A DNA stretch of 64,000 nt from the human T2T-CHM13v2.0 reference genome, Homo sapiens, in NCBI RefSeq assembly GCF_009914755.1, contig NC_060947.1; one strand, 5' to 3'. Shown here in pieces: positions 13,894-41,418 of the stretch. Below the pieces are notes generated by a model that saw only the letters and a program-made list of their open reading frames with translations, did no database searches and was not told where the DNA came from. A program made the translations under genes and the position numbers. Numbering within the stretch: the first letter of the stretch is position 1; every line of letters begins with the position of its first letter.

Positions 13894-14852
13894 ATTTTAA
13901 AGATTACTATTCAAGATATTCTTGGGAAAATATTTAAATTATAATAATCCCAATTTAAATTATACTTTAATTATGTGGTCATTTTATATTTTAACTTGTC
14001 ATGTATCTTCTCCCATACAAGCCTGATATAAATTTTACATAGAAATCATGATCTGTGTATCCATATACTTCTCCCCTCATAGTACACACACTTACCCGAT
14101 ATGTAGTGTGTATTGCTTTAGCATACTCAATAAAATCCATTGAGACAAAATATGCCTTATGTTTCTAATTGTAACAGTCAATTTTTACCATATAAATTAC
14201 CAAGAGGATTTTTCTAAAATTATACGATGAATGTAGCAATTACACAATCTCTCTACAACTTTTGTACCATACATGGAATTCTATACTAGAAGCCGACATT
14301 CTTATGCCCGACAGAACTATTTAGTTCATTTTATGAGACGTGCTATTGAGTTTTAGATAAAGTTTGAAATTTTATAACAGCTTATTCTGTAAGAATGCAT
14401 ACAATTATCAATTACCTTGGGAATAAATTGTTTTACATATTTCTGAGAACCTTCTGCAGCTTCTTGTATATCAAACCACAGGTATATGTTTTAGCATAGT
14501 TAATATTTTTTGAAATTACCTTCACCACTGTTATTTTATTTAAATAAAGGTAATCAGGAAGGCCTTTCTTCAGCTTAGACAACAAAGTAGCCAGTAAGAT
14601 CAAGGAAAATATTAGGTAAAACCCAAATACAACTTCAATACTTGGATACTGACCATTTCATTGCTTGTTAATGTTAATTCCTTGGATTAATCAGTTAATT
14701 TAATCTATCAGCTTGATAACGTATCTGATCAGAACTTTAAAATCCTAACTGGTCTTCACACATATTAATGACCCTCACACTTTCATGTAATATGCTAATG
14801 TAAAAGCCGTGTCTTCAAGAAACATTTGTTGTACATTAAAAAACAGGCACTC

Positions 14853-15252
<400 letters not shown>

Positions 15253-16709
15253 CTACAGCATTGTGATAGGCCAGCAGTACTATGGTGGGAACAAACTCCA
15301 CTGGAACATTAAGTGAGAATTATTTTTTGAAGGTTAGGAATTTTACGTTGGATTAAATATCAATGATACAATCAAAGTGAAACATGAGAAGGACTCATAC
15401 TGTTGTTTACTCTGTTAATATTGTACTAAACAGTATTGAATAAAACAAAATCAACGAAACATTTGAAAAACAGAAGACATTGTATCTTTAAACTAGTGAT
15501 GTCATTTTCTTGCATTCTCATATATAACTCAATATACCGGGAACACTGTAGATTCTAAATAAGTATTATGTAATTAAGTAAATAAATTCTCCCTTGCCTC
15601 TACTCCAGTAATCCCTCTTCCCTTGCTGCTGCTTGTGAATGTGTCAGCCTCTCTCCTGCAACCAAATTTCTACCCCAGACATACTACATTCGTCTTATTC
15701 CATCTCTCCATGTATTGACAAGATGGGCACATGAGTACGTGCACACACATACATCCGCATACTAAGGCAAAGTAGCTTACTTTACCTATCTCAGAGAGAA
15801 AACTAGCCTAAACATAAGGAAGAATGCTCACTAAAGATTTTAAGATACAGATAAAGAACATTTGAGTCACCTTTAAGAGACATAAATTACATGTTCACTC
15901 CACTTTCTCTCTATTTCCCCAAATATATGGTATTCTCCTCAAACTAAGATAGCAAGATATCTCAGTTGATATCTTAATACACTCAGTATTCATGTAGGCT
16001 CCCAGGTAAGAAAAAAATTATTATTGTTGCTTGTCTAATCCTAGTTGCATTTAAATATGAAATAGTAACATGGTAATTTTTTAGAATAAAAACCAATTTT
16101 GAATACAATCTAATGAAAACTTTGAAAAATGTTCATTTCCAAAGATAAATTAAAGACAGATAATTTCACAGATCATGCTCTCCCTTAACATTAAAAAGGT
16201 TCTTTTCTCATATATGTATTAAATATTATCATTAAAAATCACTAGAATATCAAAAAAACAGCCTACAGACTTGGTGTGTATAGTATGTGATAACATAAGC
16301 ACAAAACAAAACAAAAAACTAAGAATAGTTTCAATATGTATGCAGTAACAGAGACACATGCTATTCTGAGAAGGGTTAAATCAACAAAGGACATAATCTT
16401 TCTGGGGTTCAGCTGTGAAATGCAGAGTGGAAGAACAACATCCCAGGGAGTTGGAACAGCAAGTGCTAAGGCCTTAAACTATGTAAATATCATGCTAGAT
16501 GATTGTGTGTAAAAGAGAATTAAGTTAAATCCAGAAAGAAAATAGGGCCAGTCATTGTCAAGTTCTTCCTGCAGTCACAGAAAAAGATGAGAATAACTTG
16601 AACTATGGTGGTGGTTGTACAGGTGGAGAGGTATGAATGATTTAGTGATATACAGTGGGCCCTCCGTATCTGCGGGTTCTGTATCTGCAAATTCAAATAA
16701 CCTCTGATT

Positions 16710-17452
16710 TGATACAATAGGGTGAATATAGTCAATAATTGTGCATTTGAAAATAACTTCAAGAGTGTAATTAGTTTATAACTCAAAGGATAAATGCTTG
16801 AGGTGACATGCTATTCTCATGACGTGCTTATTCCATATTGTATGCCTCTATCAAAACATCTCACGTACCATATATATATACACACACACGTATATATATA
16901 CATATACACATATATATCATATATACACAAACACCCCATGTACCCACAAAAATTATATACACACACACATACACACACACATATATATACCTATATGGTG
17001 TGTGTATATATACACACACACGTATATATACATATATGGTGTGTTTATATATATACACACACATATACATATATGGTGTATATATACACACACATATACA
17101 TATATGGTGTATATATACACACACACCATATGTATATACATATATGTATATATATATACCATATATATAGATATATGGCATATACACACATATATACCAT
17201 ATATGTATACATATACACATATGTGTATATACGTGTATACGTATATACACATATGTGTATATACGTATATACACATATATGGTATATATACACCATATAT
17301 ACACACATATATGTACACATATATGGTATATATATACACACATATATATACACATATATGGTATATATATACACACATATATATACACATATATACCATA
17401 TATATACACACACACCCCTAGTATGTACCCACAAAAATTTCCAAAAAAAATA
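16710..17452 (+). mobile_element. L1MA/L1PB-type 3' end containing the expanded TA/CA array
   Basis: caatagggtgaatatagtcaataat...aaaggataaatgcttgaggtga...atgtacccacaaaaatt. Confidence 0.8.
16870..17415. repeat. ~550-bp complex (TA)/(CA)/(TATGG) low-complexity tandem array
   Basis: Direct reading; source of the spurious Y/I/H/T-rich ORFs. Confidence 0.95.
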
Positions 17453-17499
17453 AATTGTTTCCCAAATAAAAAAATATTCAGGAAATACAATAAAAATTA

Positions 17500-17645
17500 A
17501 CAGGATAGAAATCTCCCTGTTGGGTACTATGCTTATTACCTGGGTGACAAAGTAATCTGTACTCAGAGCCCCTGTAACACATAATTTATCTATATAACAA
17601 AAATGCATGTGTAACCCTGAACCTAGAAATTAAACACAAAGAATA
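17500..17645 (+). mobile_element. L1PA15/16-like 3' end
   Basis: gggtactatgcttattacctgggtgacaaa..taacaaa..cctgaaccta. Confidence 0.75.
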
Positions 17646-20093
17646 AAATGTAACAACTATTTACGTACTATTTATATTGTATTAGGTATTATAAGTAATC
17701 TAGAGATAATTTAATGTAAACAGGAGGATGTGCATAGGTTATATGCAAATATGACATCATTTATATAAGGAACTTAAGCATCCACAGATTTTAGTATCTG
17801 GAGTTCCTAGAACCAGTTCTCAGATAGTGAGGCACAGTCGTATTCTTAAAGTATAATCTATAAGGCATCATGGATTGAAATAGTTCTAATACTTCACTTT
17901 TTTCATACTTAAAGCTGCTTAAATGACCAACTTAAAAGATAGATTTATTATTACAGAGATTTCCCGATCCAAGCTATTAATGTCAGTGCAGACATGGTTG
18001 ATTCATGGAGCGGGGGTGGGGGGGGAAATACACACCTGGAACTCATCTGTGTGTTTAGAGGACAAATTAAATCATTTTTAAATAGCCCCAGGATGATCTC
18101 AGCCATTAAAGAGCAGAAGGCTAATAAAACAACTGTTCCTATTAAATCGTTTTCTGAGTTTTATAAGTAGATGTCCTCCCTTATGTATTTTATTGGCAAT
18201 ATATGTTACCTTTATAGAGAAGCAGCGTTTCTATAGCTCTCAAAAAGGTTAAGAACCCGAGGTGTATTATAGGCCAATTTCTCTTGTAAATGTTGACTTA
18301 AAATAGTTTAAAGAGCATTTTCTCATGTTGGAGGTGATTAATTGCACTGAGTTTCACTTGTAAAAATCCATTGCTCAAACCTAAGGATGGTGGGGGGACA
18401 CCCATCTGTGCAAACGTGTGGACTTACAATGACTTTTGCTTATGTTAGCTCAGGTGTCAGTTCTAATGAACAACTTTCAACAAGAGAAAATAAATCCAGA
18501 ACTTTTTATTAGAAATCACACATGTTAAACAGAAATCATTAACTAAACCTTACTCAAAATAGTGGTGGACTTTATCACTTAAGAAATCAATTAACTTCCA
18601 AGGAACTATAGAAAAAGTTAGGTTCCCGCTCCAAAATCATCTTATCGATTTATGCATTTATGTCCAACTAATAAAATTAGGGAAGCAGAGTAAGAACTAC
18701 TGTATGGATCCGTGGATTTTGGTATATTTAAAATCCCATATAAGAATTATGATGCAGCCACATTTTCATTTGACATAAATATTTGTACATTTATTAGAAT
18801 GAAAAACATGCTCTGTACTTTAAAAAATATTCTCTGAATTAGTTCACATTCTGTCTTATATAACAGTTACCTATATATTGTTTGTTGGCCTATATGCAAT
18901 TTTCAATACCTTGGCAGACTGTATATCTTTTACTTCCTGACACACTTGGAGTATATAGCACTATTCCTTATGTAAAGTTATCAATAGACATTTGATGAAT
19001 TAACATGCATTTCTACTGAACAAAGTAAGCCTGGGGCACATAACTTTAAAATGCTTATGTAGCATCTGAAAGAATTTACAATGTCAGACTAAGAATAAAA
19101 AGTAGGGGCTCCAGAATTTCTACTTTATTAATGATGTGGTCAAATCAACCCATTGGAAAAAATCTTAGTCTACTCAGCCACCTGCACAAATGCTCGTGCT
19201 CTATAAAAGCATTAAAAAAAAAAAACCTTTTAGACTAGTCTATATGTACTCTGCAGAGTAAAAGACACATTAGCTAAAACAATAGTGCTCATAATATTAA
19301 TGTATTTGGCTTGTGTAAGTAACAATATTTAAGCTCTGACAATAATTCTAATTTTAAACATTTTCATTCCATCTGCAAGATTAAAGTTTGAATTATTATG
19401 ATTATTCAATGCCTCTTGATCAATCTGAGGAAAGATTTCTTTCAATAAGAACATTCCTTCAAGCACTACCTTTGCTATGTTCTTCACTAGTCTATGTTAA
19501 GATTAACGTGAAGAAGGCTAGGTAAGGAGTATTATCATTTCTATTATAATGATTTTGCTTAAAATGTACATTTCTGTTTATGATGAATGCAAAGATATTA
19601 TCATTTAATGGAAAATTTATGTAAGACAGATCTCGCTACAACTAGCTTTAGCAGTTTTACTTAGGTTATAACAATTTAAAAATTTCTCATCTTATAGTCC
19701 CTTAATATTCCATATTTTTTAACTTTTTTCGTATTTCACATGCAGTTTGTTGGTGAAAGCAAAATTCGAGATATAATAGAGAGAAAAAAATACATTATTT
19801 ATTTTTATCCAGGAGCTTATGTCTCATTTTTATATCGTTGTTATATTTTGCAATGGGTGAAATTTGTCTTTCTCTTCAGTCTTTTAAAACCTAGTTACTT
19901 CACCAGGTTTTTTCCAAATACTCAAATGCCCAATCGTTATTTTTCTATACTAGTTTTTTCCCCACTTCTGGCTGTCTCTTTTCAGAGTCCCTTTGATTAA
20001 CAACTACAACAATATCATAGTCTGCTGTTTAACTACAGTGAGGTGAATTTATTAAGGGCTTCACCATGTACTCTTGCCTCTTGAGGAGGAATA

Positions 20094-20096
<3 letters not shown>

Positions 20097-20132
<36 letters not shown>
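20097..20132. repeat. (GT)n microsatellite
   Basis: Direct reading. Confidence 0.95.
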
Positions 20133-20134
<2 letters not shown>

Positions 20135-20789
20135 TCCAATTATTAATAAAAACAGTTTTCAAATCACTTTTCCAAGAGACTCACTTGCCCAACTGATTCT
20201 ATACAGAAAAACTTAGATATTAAAGCCTAGGTAAAATGTATCTTTTTATTTAGACTTTCTCAGATAATAGCTTTTTTTTTTAATCCACATATGACTCAAG
20301 GTGGGATTTCAATCTAGATAAGAGATGTTCACATCACGACCTCACTGAGGAAATATTTGAGATAGTGAGATGTTTTGATGCCTTTGCCATCTAATTTTAG
20401 AGTTAACTGAGAAAGAGTAGAGGGGAATATTTTCATAACTGGTGAGTGTCTCCCTTTGATAACTTTAGTGTGGCTTGGATAGAATGTCATACTTGCAAGA
20501 TTTGTAAACATCCTTCTACTTTAATTATTTAATGATTCTCTCAAGGAAACATCATAGTAAAAAGAATTCAGTATCCCTCTTATTCTGGCTCTAGTTTATA
20601 AAACTTTTCCATTTATTTTCAAAACATTTGGAATCAACTGATGGATGTGCATCCAATTAAAAACAAACCCAATTAGCCCTGTAATAAAATGAGTAACCTT
20701 TTAGTTAATGCAAAGAAAATATTCATGGAAGAAGAGAGGAATATTCTGCCATAAGATTATATTCTGTAGTAGTTACAAGTAGGGAATCT

Positions 20790-20945
20790 TAACTCCAACT
20801 CACTAGCTGAGTGATGTGGGCAATTTACATAAACTCTTCAGTTGCAAATGACCAAAATAATAGTCTCTACCTCCTAGAGTTTTTGCAGAAATAAAACGAA
20901 ATTATACAATATCAAGCAATGTGCCCAGCACTTAATGTTTAATAA
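20790..20945 (+). mobile_element. MIR
   Basis: actcactagctgagtgatgtgggcaa..aataatagtctctacctc..tgcccagcac. Confidence 0.6.
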
Positions 20946-21220
20946 ATATCACACCAGATTACATCAATATTACTATGTATGTATTACTCCCAGCTTCAGA
21001 AGTTGAGTTTTTCTGAGAGTCTGGGAACCAATTCAACCACTTTTACGATGTCATATGACGTAATGACTACAAGAGAAAACCTAGTTATACTTTTGCAAGT
21101 GTGCTAACTAATGTCTTACAAATACTATGACAATTATAAGGTACTATCATGAACCAGCCTTCAGGAGACTTGCTAGAAATCTACCATGTATCCATGACAA
21201 CTGTGAATCAATCTCTCTGT

Positions 21221-21223
<3 letters not shown>

Positions 21224-21292
<69 letters not shown>
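21224..21292. repeat. Compound (GT)n(GA)n microsatellite
   Basis: Direct reading. Confidence 0.95.
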
Positions 21293-21294
<2 letters not shown>

Positions 21295-21480
21295 CCACTC
21301 TGAGGAATTTAAGATATAGTATAAATCTTTTATGAAAACTAGATTAGACTCTGGAGCTCAAGGATATCAAAGATTACCACCCAGTACACCAGCTGTGAGC
21401 CAGCAGTATTCCTCAGACCAGAAAACCAGAATGAGTGGGAAGGTCACAGGAAGACCAGCAAGATTTCAAATGGGAAATGA

Positions 21481-21803
21481 CAGTAGATCCCCCTTTTCCA
21501 CGGGGGATATGTTCCAAGACCTACAGCAGATGTCTGAAACCACAAATAGGCCCTATATATACTGTTTTTCCCATACATATACATACCTATGATAAAATTT
21601 AACTTATAAATTAGGCACAGAAAAAGATTAATAACTAATAGAACAATTATAGCAATATGCAGTAATAAAAGTTACGTGAATGTGGACTCTCACCTCTCCC
21701 TGCCCACCCTCCCCACCATCATCTAATTGTACTGTACTCATCAATTTAAGGACCACGGTTGACCATGGGTAGCAGAAACTGTAATGAATAAGGGAGGACT
21801 CCT
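21481..21803 (-). mobile_element. MER44-like (TcMar-Tigger) MITE
   Basis: Terminal inverted repeats cagtagatcccccttt / taagggaggactcctg; internal ccacggttgaccatgggta. Confidence 0.75.
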
Positions 21804-23599
21804 GTATTTAATTTGGGGAGAGTCAGCATTTATTCTAGAGGCAGGCAAAATAACTGGAAAGATCAGTTTTCCCTACAGGAGTATAAAGGGACCATTTAAT
21901 TTTTACAACATTCCAGTTATTTGACATAACTTTAGCTACTGTTTCTGGGCTCATATTACGGGCCAAATACATACAGGTTTTACTTACTCCTTGAAGTAGC
22001 AGTGGGAGGTAAATATTTTTACTTTACACGTGAGCAATACTGAGCCTCAATAATTTTCCAGTGGCCTAAAACTAATAAAGGCAAAAATCAGATTTTAACC
22101 CAAAACTAGTTGGCTCTGTGTAGAAAAAGTTAAATCAACCCTAGGTTAATCTGATGCTGCCTAGGAAAATGAACATAGAAACTTATTTTCTTAGGATTAA
22201 GAGTTAAGATAATAGTAGAATTTCTTGTCACTCTTGTTTGCTAGGTAGGACTACTATTAAATTAACTGGGGAGTGGGGCAGAGAGGCAATATATAGTCTT
22301 TTGTCCTATGTGACAACAATGGTATTAAATATTGGTGGGAAATTAATGCTGCAATTTCTTCATGTCAAGTAAACCACACTGATTTTGGCCGTTGTCCTAG
22401 CAGCTATATGGAGCACATTTGGGTGAGAGGCATGTGGAAATCTGTATGTTGGTTGCTTCTGGGCCATCCAATGATACAAAGATTCTATGACAGTGTATCT
22501 CCTGCCTTGTATCCTTCTGTACAGCTAAGTAAATGTCATAGATTAAATTCTATTCCATCTGTGAGTATAATTGCCAATTTTATCTCCTTACAACTACACT
22601 AACAGTGCAGGCTCCAAAGTTCATTATGTCCTGTCAGTAAAAGTTGCATATCTGGCTAAAATACAAACTGTTTAGCAAAACTAACCCTGGATAAATGGTA
22701 AATAAATTCAACCTATTTATGGCATTAATATCAGAGATCATAAAATTAAGCCATTTGCTTATTTCAAGTGGATTTATGGGATCAGACTTCTAATTTGAAA
22801 ACTATTATTTTACCATCATTTTAATTGTTTTCCCTTATTAGCCCTTAGTTATTATTAAAAATTCTTCTAGTTCTTTATCAGCTCTGCCAATGAAAGACAT
22901 TTTTATTGGCTGCAAAAGGCATCAACAAACCTCAGATAGCAGAACACAGTGATGTCAATTAGTAACAAGATGAGAGAGGCAGGCAAAAGAAGAAATAAAT
23001 TAAAGAACAAAGAGTCAGGGATCACCTCTGCAAACAGCTCCTCTCACCTGGGCAACCCTTGCTGGAAACTGTTTGAGTCAGAGTACCATTCTATCACAAA
23101 CATGTCCGTGAAGCAATAAATAGAAGAAGGAATGAAGAGAGACAACTGTGCAGACAGGAGATAAGGCAAGTTTCTTAATCCTAAAGAGAATGTTTTGATG
23201 GCCAGTCTTATGTGACAGCTAGTCTATTTTTACTTTGTCTGTGGATGAACAATTTCTCATTAACAGAACTGTTAGCAATAAGCAGTACTCCAGTAATTGA
23301 AGATGTGAACAGCAGGCTTAGTCATTTTTTAAGGAAGAAAATGCTAGAAGTCTAAACAAATGCTGGGACAACAGATTCTGGATCTTATCCTATAAAAGGG
23401 CATATCTCACAGAAACAATTGTTCCATTGTAGTTGTTTCTATCTTAGCTGCAGGATACTCTCACTTACTGAGCTTCTAAAAATTGCTGATGTCACAGCCC
23501 GTCCTCAGTGAAATAAAATACTAGTTTCAATCCCAGTGTTGCCATAAAGCTTCCCCAACCGATTTTATTGGACAGTCTTGTGAGAAATAACACGGACTT

Positions 23600-23780
23600 T
23601 AAGAAGAGATAAACCCTGGATTTGATTATAGCTCAGTTATCTATTGGCTGTGTGATCTTGATTTTAATAAAGCTCTCTAAGCCTCAGTTTTTCCATTTAT
23701 AAAAGAAGGATAAACTTACCTGGAATTGTTGTGTACAAGACATAAGATAAAGTATGGAAATTATCTAGAACATGACTGCC
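23600..23780 (+). mobile_element. MIR
   Basis: ggctgtgtgatcttg..ctctctaagcctcagtttttccatttataaaa core. Confidence 0.65.
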
Positions 23781-24101
23781 CTACTTAAACATTTGCACTC
23801 TTCTACCAAAAGGAACTTGCAAATTTGAGTTTATATCACTGATGATAAATTAGAAAAATCTTTGCAGGGGAAAAATGTGCTTTGATTTGAAGCAAAAGTT
23901 TATTCAGCAATATTAACATCTCACAAGAATGATATTACAGGATATTTCCTAAAAGTAAAAACACTGGTTTCAACCACCTTATTAAATTGTAATAATATAT
24001 AAAATTCCTAATAATTTAATAGTTGTAACAGTTTTCTCACTTTTCAACTGGATATCATATGATCCACTAACTCCACACGATTGCCATAAGACAAAAAATC
24101 T

Positions 24102-30767
<6,666 letters not shown>

Positions 30768-31120
30768 AAGAGAATAAATCTAAGAGGATAGCTTATTGCT
30801 TTAAAATAAAATGACAAGACAACTATAAATCTTCAGGTTTCCCTCTGCAAGGAATAAATCCTATTGTATGACAATTAAATTTCCCTCTTATAAGATTTAA
30901 ATGACATCAACAAAGACTTTAGTTCATCATTATTTTACCCAAATATTGTTGTAAAATAGTATATTTTCATCTTATATTTCATGTTCCAGCTGTAAAATGT
31001 CACATGCATTTTATATATAGAAATTATTTAATTGGAAAACATATGTACCAACCTAATATCTATTTTTCCAGTGCCCAGCTTTAAGGTTTTTGGATATTCA
31101 TTTGCAGGTTCTGTGATGTC

Positions 31121-31295
31121 TTTTTTTGTTTGTTTTTGTGGGATGGGGGGACAGGGCCTCAGTTCTTTTGCCTAGGCTTGAGAGTAGTGGCACAATCATA
31201 GCTCACCGCAGCCTTGAACTCCTGGCCTAAAGCAATTCTCCTGCCTTGGCCTCCCAATGTGCTGGGATTACAGGTGTCAGCCATCACACCCAGCC
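31121..31295 (-). mobile_element. FLAM-type Alu monomer
   Basis: Single arm: catagctcaccgcagccttgaactcctgg..gtgctgggattacagg. Confidence 0.8.
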
Positions 31296-34200
31296 CTGTG
31301 ATATCACTTATAATTATGTATAAAACACAGTTAACTCCATTTTGAAGACAGTGAAGTAAGTTTTCCAACTATCAGCAAAATATACATTACATTCAAATAT
31401 TATCACTGACTTAAAACCACATAGAAAATTTTAAACTACTTATGCCATTTTATTCTCATTTACCATCATTAGAATGGTCAAAATGTTTTTGCCAAGGCAA
31501 AATTCTGTGACAAGAAACACAGATATCAACTATAGAACACTTTTCTGAATCAAACCTAATATCTCATGTATTCCTTCATAGCTGAAATAAAATTAACAAA
31601 TACCAATAGATGTTTTTAATATATTTCTTTAGTCTCATGAACTCATTGTGATGATATGACTAGGAAAACCATCCACAAAGTGTCTATTACATATTATTTA
31701 GCATTAGAACCTCATGGCTGCATTTCTCATTATTAATTTATTAATGTCTTGTCAATCATTCAAAAATCACTTAATGTCACTGTATAGGCCAAGGATATTG
31801 TTATTTCACCTGTAATTAAAAAAAAAAAGTTGTGAAAATAATCCTGGTAAGCTAATTGAAAAGAGATTCTCAGTTATCTAGGTAAGAATTATATTTAAAT
31901 GTTTCTGAACAAATTTGGCATAGAACCTAATCCATAATGCACATCTTCAATCGCATGATTATACTTCATTATTTAAATTCCCCAACTGAGTAAGAAACTC
32001 TTACTTAACTAAAGCATACTTTAACAAATCAGCCCCTAGGGGAGATAGAAATTATAAATTGACCATTTTCCATAAAGTTAAAATGGTGACAAATCATAGA
32101 AGAATGTGAAAGATTAGTAGAAAATACCAAAATTTGTTATAAAGGGTAAATTCAAGCCAGGCTCCCGCACACACAAATATCATATTTAATGTTTTTCAAG
32201 TCTCTGTTGTCTAAGTAGGTGAATTTGGGACAGTTACATGCAATTATTTGTCATCCAAACAACTGAAATGGATAAGGAGAACAAAAATTGCTTTCATTTA
32301 TTAGTGACTGGTTCCAACTGCCCAGAAAATACTCAGTTTTTTTATGGTATCTGAACTGAGAAAGATGTACAACACATAACATCAAGAGAACACACTGGAA
32401 TACTCTCATGCCTCTTCTAACTTTTAGGCCACTGGGAAATAACATTTACGTCTTAATTTTTGTCATGAAGAGCAATTTCAAGATTTCCCATCAGGGAAGA
32501 GGAAATTGCTACAATAATATCTGAATGTTAATATAATCATCTGTATCATACCTATTTGGTATATATTACTTTGTCATCAAAAAGGCAATGGCCATTTTTC
32601 ATTCATGTAAGTGCCAGTGAAATATTTTCTTAAATATTTTCTTAAATATATTTTCAACTGCAGAGTTTGACTCTAAATTGTCTGAAATATTTACAGTAAG
32701 GATTTCTAGTTGAAATACCGTATATAGAGAAGGAACACCTATAATATTGCAATCGCATTAGATTTTCTGAAAACAAGGTACTCTATAATGAGTTCTAGAC
32801 AAAAATCAATCTAAATGATATAAAATTAGTGTTTATGTTCACAAAAATATTTATTTATTTAAATTAACTCTAATCCTCCTGAGAATTAACCCTCTCAATT
32901 TTAACCTGTGTAAACTTATAAACATTTCTTGCCATTATGGTATCAAAATGTGATGATTACAGCAGAGGCGGAAAAAAGTTAAAACAGCCCTTGTTCAGCC
33001 AATTGATATCAAACCCAACATAAGAGGCCTTAAAAATATTCTTCTCTTTTATAGCAAATTCTATGTATCTTTCCATGATTATTTTTGTAGGTTAAAATCC
33101 TGCATGCATACAAAGCCAAGTCTGAAAGCATTCACTCCAGGAGTAAAACTTTCCAACAGGCAGAGCTAATTCTTGGAAAAGAAGGCTATAAAAACAACTC
33201 AAGAGTGATGCAGGGATTAGCCAAGCAGAAAATAGAATCCGTGTCACCATTCTCAGGAAGTCAAAATAAAGGGGATTAAAACCAAACCCTAACGGGTTTG
33301 TAAATGTCATTTTGAGGATACAAAAATTTCTCTCGAGTCCTAGTGTCCTTCCTTTTTTGGTCAAATTTGACTGTCATTATTCATTTTTGTTCTAAAGTTA
33401 CCCTGGTAAATAAGTAAGAACATTTCCATATCATATTTCATATCCTAAATGGAAATGGCTTTCTACACTAATATTCAAAAGACATCTAGAACAGGCGCAA
33501 TCTTTTATCCCTGATTTTTTGTTTTATTCCTTTAAAGAGAACATCCTCACTTTGTTATTCACAGGGGAAAGCTGACAAAGCACTCTCTTAATATAGGGAG
33601 GATTTTTTTTTTTTTTTTGGACTGGCAAACAAACCAATCTGTTTGAAACTCAGAGAAACAATGTATATGAAACCCACGACCAACGCATGTAGAATGTACT
33701 GTCTTACAGAGAAATCATAACGGGAAGAGAATTGTCTGATTCACAAAAGGATATTTTTAAAGAGATATACCTATTATCTATGAGCATAAACATACATAAT
33801 TTATTAAGTTTACCCTAGATGTACTTATTTTTGCATATGTTAGCATCTAAACACACTAGAAACAGCTCCTGAAATCGCTTATGCTAATGCCTACTGCTAC
33901 TCATTTTAAAAGGCAATTCCACTTAAAACTAAACCTCAGGCCTCAAAACACCAGTTAAGGCCAAAGCATATCAAATTCTATATATGAAATCCTACAAGGT
34001 TTCAATGACTTCCTAATTTTATAAAGCAATTCTATCAACAAAGCTTATGTTTAAAATTGTCAAAGCATTATTTGGCAGGTATTTCTTAAACCAAATATAG
34101 CTTCAATCCCCCAATAATAAAATTCTCCCCAAATGTTTCATTATTCTCCTAAGGGGCATAACTAATTTAAAACGAAATTTCTTTGGAGAGTAGCCAACAT

Positions 34201-34570
34201 CATGCATAAGCTACAGAACCAATATCTGGTTAAATAAAAATATGAACATCACAAAAGCAATTACTATACAGGCATGAATCACGAATTTTGCTGGTAAATC
34301 TATCGAAGAGAGTGTTCTAAGTCTGAGACTTCAAGAGATGGTGTTCTGTCTTTTGTGACTAAGCAGTCAGTAAATAAAAATTCTTATGAGTTATTATTTT
34401 TTTCTTTGAATCATCATTGAGATTATCTCCTGAAAAATGCTGAGCAAAAATGTATAAATGTGTACTTGGTGGTTTCCCTAACACAATGGCAAGAATTGAC
34501 ATATTTTAAAAATATATGACTTATGCTGAATCCTCATCTTATTTGCAGCCATAAGTAAACTTTAAGAAAC

Positions 34571-41418
<6,848 letters not shown>

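Larger units (their letters stand above)
16653..17840 (-). mobile_element. MER2-like (TcMar-Tigger) element split by L1 fragments and a simple repeat
   Basis: Left end cagtgggccctccgtatctgcgggttc; right half tattaggtattataagtaatctagagat..ggttatatgcaaata; TA flanks. Confidence 0.8.

Noticed and set aside
16794-17608. Cluster of 80-220 aa ORFs rich in Y/I/H/T/V/C on both strands
   Set aside because: Translations of a stop-poor TA/CA simple repeat; the same applies to the ORFs at 56474-56783 and 62377-62839.
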